Made by a program: the position numbers and the translations under genes. Below the pieces are notes generated by a model, which saw nothing but the letters and a program-made list of their open reading frames with translations, had not been told where the DNA came from and searched no databases. Shown piece after piece: positions 61,449-64,000 of a stretch of 64,000 nucleotides of DNA (the first letter of the stretch is position 1; every line of letters begins with the position of its first letter). The stretch is from a virus. Location of the stretch: positions 128,138 through 192,137 of the IMG/VR virus record IMGVR_UViG_3300031552_000001; one strand, given 5' to 3'.

Positions 61449-62771
61449 CTACTTGGCGTATTTGACTAATAAGTAGTTAAGGTGTTTTCGCAGTAGCCCT
61501 CCGAAGTTCTCGTTTAGCGTCCATGTAGAGTGCTCCCAAGAGGTTGGTTTGGTATTCTTATCCCTTATCGGCGATACCATTCCCAAGGCCTTTGCCTTAT
61601 TTGAAATTTCGCTAAACGTGTCATCTAAACCCTCAATGCCTATTCCTAGCAGCTTGCACAGCTCTTTAGTGGCTGCTTCTTGCTTAGACCCCGCTAACAT
61701 GTACAGTACGCTTCTTGCGCCATATGACATGCTTTGATACAGCTTTTCTACTAAATCCTTATCCCAATTCTCGCTTGACGATGTACTTGACCCATCTGGT
61801 AATGTCGCTTCTCCTTTCTCCTCAGATGTATCCTTGCGTGAATCATCTTCCGAATCCGTCGAACTTATATCCTTTACGGCTCTCCACCTATTTAAGCTCG
61901 TCAGGACTAACGTTCCCGGCCGAATCTCTTCAATAGGTACGTCTCCTTTAATCGTTCTAACTAAAGTACCCGCTGGAAAGCAACCGTAGTATTCAGGCGG
62001 CGTTAACGTATCTAGCTTGCCCGTAAGCCCCTCTATACGGGTTAAAAACGATAACAACGCCGCTTTGAAGGTCTTGTGTAATGCCCATATTGGCCACTTC
62101 CAAGCTGAGTCCGGGTCCGGCCTGCTCCGTCTTATCGGGGTTTCCATTCCCAATTCTTTAGCCTTATTAGAAATATCTAAAAACACCCCGTCTAATGCCC
62201 TAACATTTATTTGGTCGACGCTTATTCCACACTCGTTCCGCGCTAACTGATTCAATACGCTCCTCGCCTCATCCGATACGCCTTGATACAATCTCCCCGC
62301 TGAATCCCTATCCCAGTTAGCGCCCAATGGCTCACTTACTTCCTCTGACTCTTGCTCTAGTTCAGGACAGCTGCACTCTCTAAAACAAGTAAACGAACGC
62401 ATCATTTCGCTAAAGCGTTTCTGCATGTCTCTAGCGATAGAGTGATACTCTGCTTCTGAGAGGTTACACCTCTTCAAAGTGTTTTCCCTCTCCATGAACT
62501 CTTTCAAGGGTAGACAAGTAGAGGCAACAAACGCCCTCTCCAAATCCCTGAAGGAAATCTTCTTCCCCTCCGTAGTCACCATTACTTTTTTCTTACAGCA
62601 CTCGTGATTAGACTTCTTAACTAGCCCATCTGCGTATTTGCCTACGGGAAATGGAATGTCTCGGTCTTCAATTGAGGTCACTACCCTCATACCTAAGTTG
62701 CTAAACGCCTCCTTAATCTCCTCTGGCGTGTTTTCTGAAACCTCAATCCCTTCAATCTCTATACGAGCCAT
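61449..62771 (-). CDS. protein with two homologous helical (possibly winged-helix) repeats separated by a truncated Hint/intein N-terminal segment
   Basis: NWD...LYQ...ARSVL...ISNKAK.LGM..PIR twice; CFPAGTLVRTIKGDVPIEEIRPGTLVLT between them. Confidence 0.65.
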   Translation of the reverse strand: MARIEIEGIEVSENTPEEIKEAFSNLGMRVVTSIEDRDIPFPVGKYADGLVKKSNHECCKKKVMVTTEGKKISFRDLERAFVASTCLPLKEFMERENTLKRCNLSEAEYHSIARDMQKRFSEMMRSFTCFRECSCPELEQESEEVSEPLGANWDRDSAGRLYQGVSDEARSVLNQLARNECGISVDQINVRALDGVFLDISNKAKELGMETPIRRSRPDPDSAWKWPIWALHKTFKAALLSFLTRIEGLTGKLDTLTPPEYYGCFPAGTLVRTIKGDVPIEEIRPGTLVLTSLNRWRAVKDISSTDSEDDSRKDTSEEKGEATLPDGSSTSSSENWDKDLVEKLYQSMSYGARSVLYMLAGSKQEAATKELCKLLGIGIEGLDDTFSEISNKAKALGMVSPIRDKNTKPTSWEHSTWTLNENFGGLLRKHLNYLLVKYAK

Positions 62772-62793
62772 GACTAACCCTTCCTATGACTTT

Positions 62794-63033
62794 TTAGGTA
62801 CCTAACCCAGCAGCCTTTTTCGCCTCTTCAAAAGACGTAGGCTGCGCCTCAAGTACTGCCCTCAACTTATCCATGTCAGATGCCGCAAGCCGACAGCCCG
62901 CCTTTGTCTTGCCGTATGAAACCGTATACGTAACCTCGCAGTCATCACTCACCGCAATAAGCAAAACGCGAGATAACCCATACCTCTGTGCAACATCCCT
63001 AGCGGCCGCAATCGGTAACCTCTTCTTAGCCAT
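62794..63033 (-). CDS. hypothetical protein
   Basis: AGGAGG SD. Confidence 0.6.
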   Translation of the reverse strand: MAKKRLPIAAARDVAQRYGLSRVLLIAVSDDCEVTYTVSYGKTKAGCRLAASDMDKLRAVLEAQPTSFEEAKKAAGLGT

Positions 63034-63059
63034 GCTCCAATCCTCCTATGCATTTTTAA

Positions 63060-63742
63060 GTACCTAAATTTGGGTACCTGTATTTTTATACCTGTCTAGG
63101 TACTCATTTTTTACTACCTAAAATTTACCCATACCAAAATTCCACAACCCACTCCCTTTTCCCTATTTTAACTCGACCCTAAAAAATCCATTTAACGATA
63201 TTCTTATCTTACGCACCTCACTGAGTTTGTAGAAGTAAAATTTACCCCAGCGAGATTGGGTCCTCTGTCCATGAGCTACGCCCCCTCCATACTCGATTTA
63301 TGTCCATAGTTGCATATCAGAGCTGTATCCTGTGCGCGCCTAATGGCCTGCTGAACTTCTCCATAAACGCCCTCATCCTAAATGGCCTAAAAATGAGTGT
63401 TGAACAATTTCAATGACTTACAGCAAAAAGTAAGCGAGAGTTGCCTAGTAATACTTTTGACTGGGTATGCTGGTAGATATTGGGGGTGTAGGTGCTCAAA
63501 TTTGGGTACTTAGGGTTAGGTAGGGGGCGTAATAAAGGGCCAACCCCTAAGCGCGCACAGAGATATGCCATCCTTGACCTCCCAGGTACCCAAATTTGAG
63601 CATGTATGAGAAGGGGCGGGGGTGGATAGGTAGGGTTTAACACGGTGCCGACGATATTCTAGCTCTAAGAAGGTAGGCTACAGGGGGTCTTTTTTAGCAC
63701 CTACTCTTCTACGTCCTTTTAGGTACCTAAATTTGGGTACCT
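63060..63742. repeat. four copies of a ~20-bp palindrome centred on AAATTT
   Basis: 63060-63078, 63491-63510, 63584-63603, 63721-63742; consensus GGTRCYYAAATTTRRGYACC. Confidence 0.9.
63202..63229 (-). promoter_or_regulatory. possible leftward copy of the promoter motif (CAAA-N14-TAAGATAAGA)
   Basis: Partial motif match upstream of the leftward operon. Confidence 0.35.
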
Positions 63743-63921
63743 ACTGGCATACCTGGTCCTTGGTGGCATGTACTGTTGTTGTTGTTGGTACTAATACAGT
63801 TTGTAGTTCAGGGCTAACTTAATGCGCGCTTTTGGGGTTAGTTTTGATTGGGGAAATAGCAGTTTTCTTTAATGGCGCGGTTGGGGGGTTAAAGGGGGGA
63901 TGGGTAGTATGGTGATTTGTG

Positions 63922-63950
63922 CAAACTGCGCGGGTTGGTAGGGTATAAGA
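63922..63950 (+). promoter_or_regulatory. phage promoter motif CAAA-N15-GGGTATAAGA
   Basis: Exact geometry; SD TAGGAGG and an ATG follow at the window end. Confidence 0.6.
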
Positions 63951-64000
63951 GAGGTGGACAAATTACTCTATTTTAGGAGGCGCATATGGGGCGCGAGGTT

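Noticed and set aside
63410-63643. Minus-strand 77-aa ORF in the palindrome zone
   Set aside because: No SD, low-complexity translation, and it spans two of the palindromes; treated as non-coding

Overview
A 64 kb internal segment of a large contractile-tailed (myovirus-like, probably jumbo) bacteriophage genome, standard genetic code. No capsid, portal or terminase gene was recognised in the window. 1-28.6 kb is a minus-strand virion module: PKD-domain protein, baseplate J/gp25/hub-like proteins, a C1q-domain protein, a sigma-70-family factor, a cluster of small proteins sharing an F-x-D-E-L-x-K-I motif, and a tape measure protein. 28.7-36.9 kb is mostly plus strand: an HTH-less LacI-type sensor cassette, DNA ligase, P-loop kinase, M15 endolysin, vWA protein and dCMP deaminase. 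36.9-46.6 kb is a minus-strand operon with RecA, a probable -1 frameshifted tail-chaperone pair, GroES and an RHH protein. 46.7-63 kb is an accessory region with a bacterial-type histone, a stand-alone response-regulator receiver, three tRNAs plus a tRNA fragment, a pyrimidine-dimer glycosylase-family protein and many small proteins. 63-64 kb is a non-coding, palindrome-rich divergence zone. The most notable signals are (i) a 10-12 copy promoter motif NAAA-N15-NGG(T/G)ATAAGA with sigma-28-like geometry, which precedes the histone unit, the receiver unit, the HTH-less LacI gene, the tRNAs and several CDS-free structured RNA candidates, while the phage carries its own group-3-like sigma factor inside the virion operon; (ii) the phage histone; and (iii) several long intergenic RNA or DNA structures. 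All family assignments are by eye from motifs; no searches were run.
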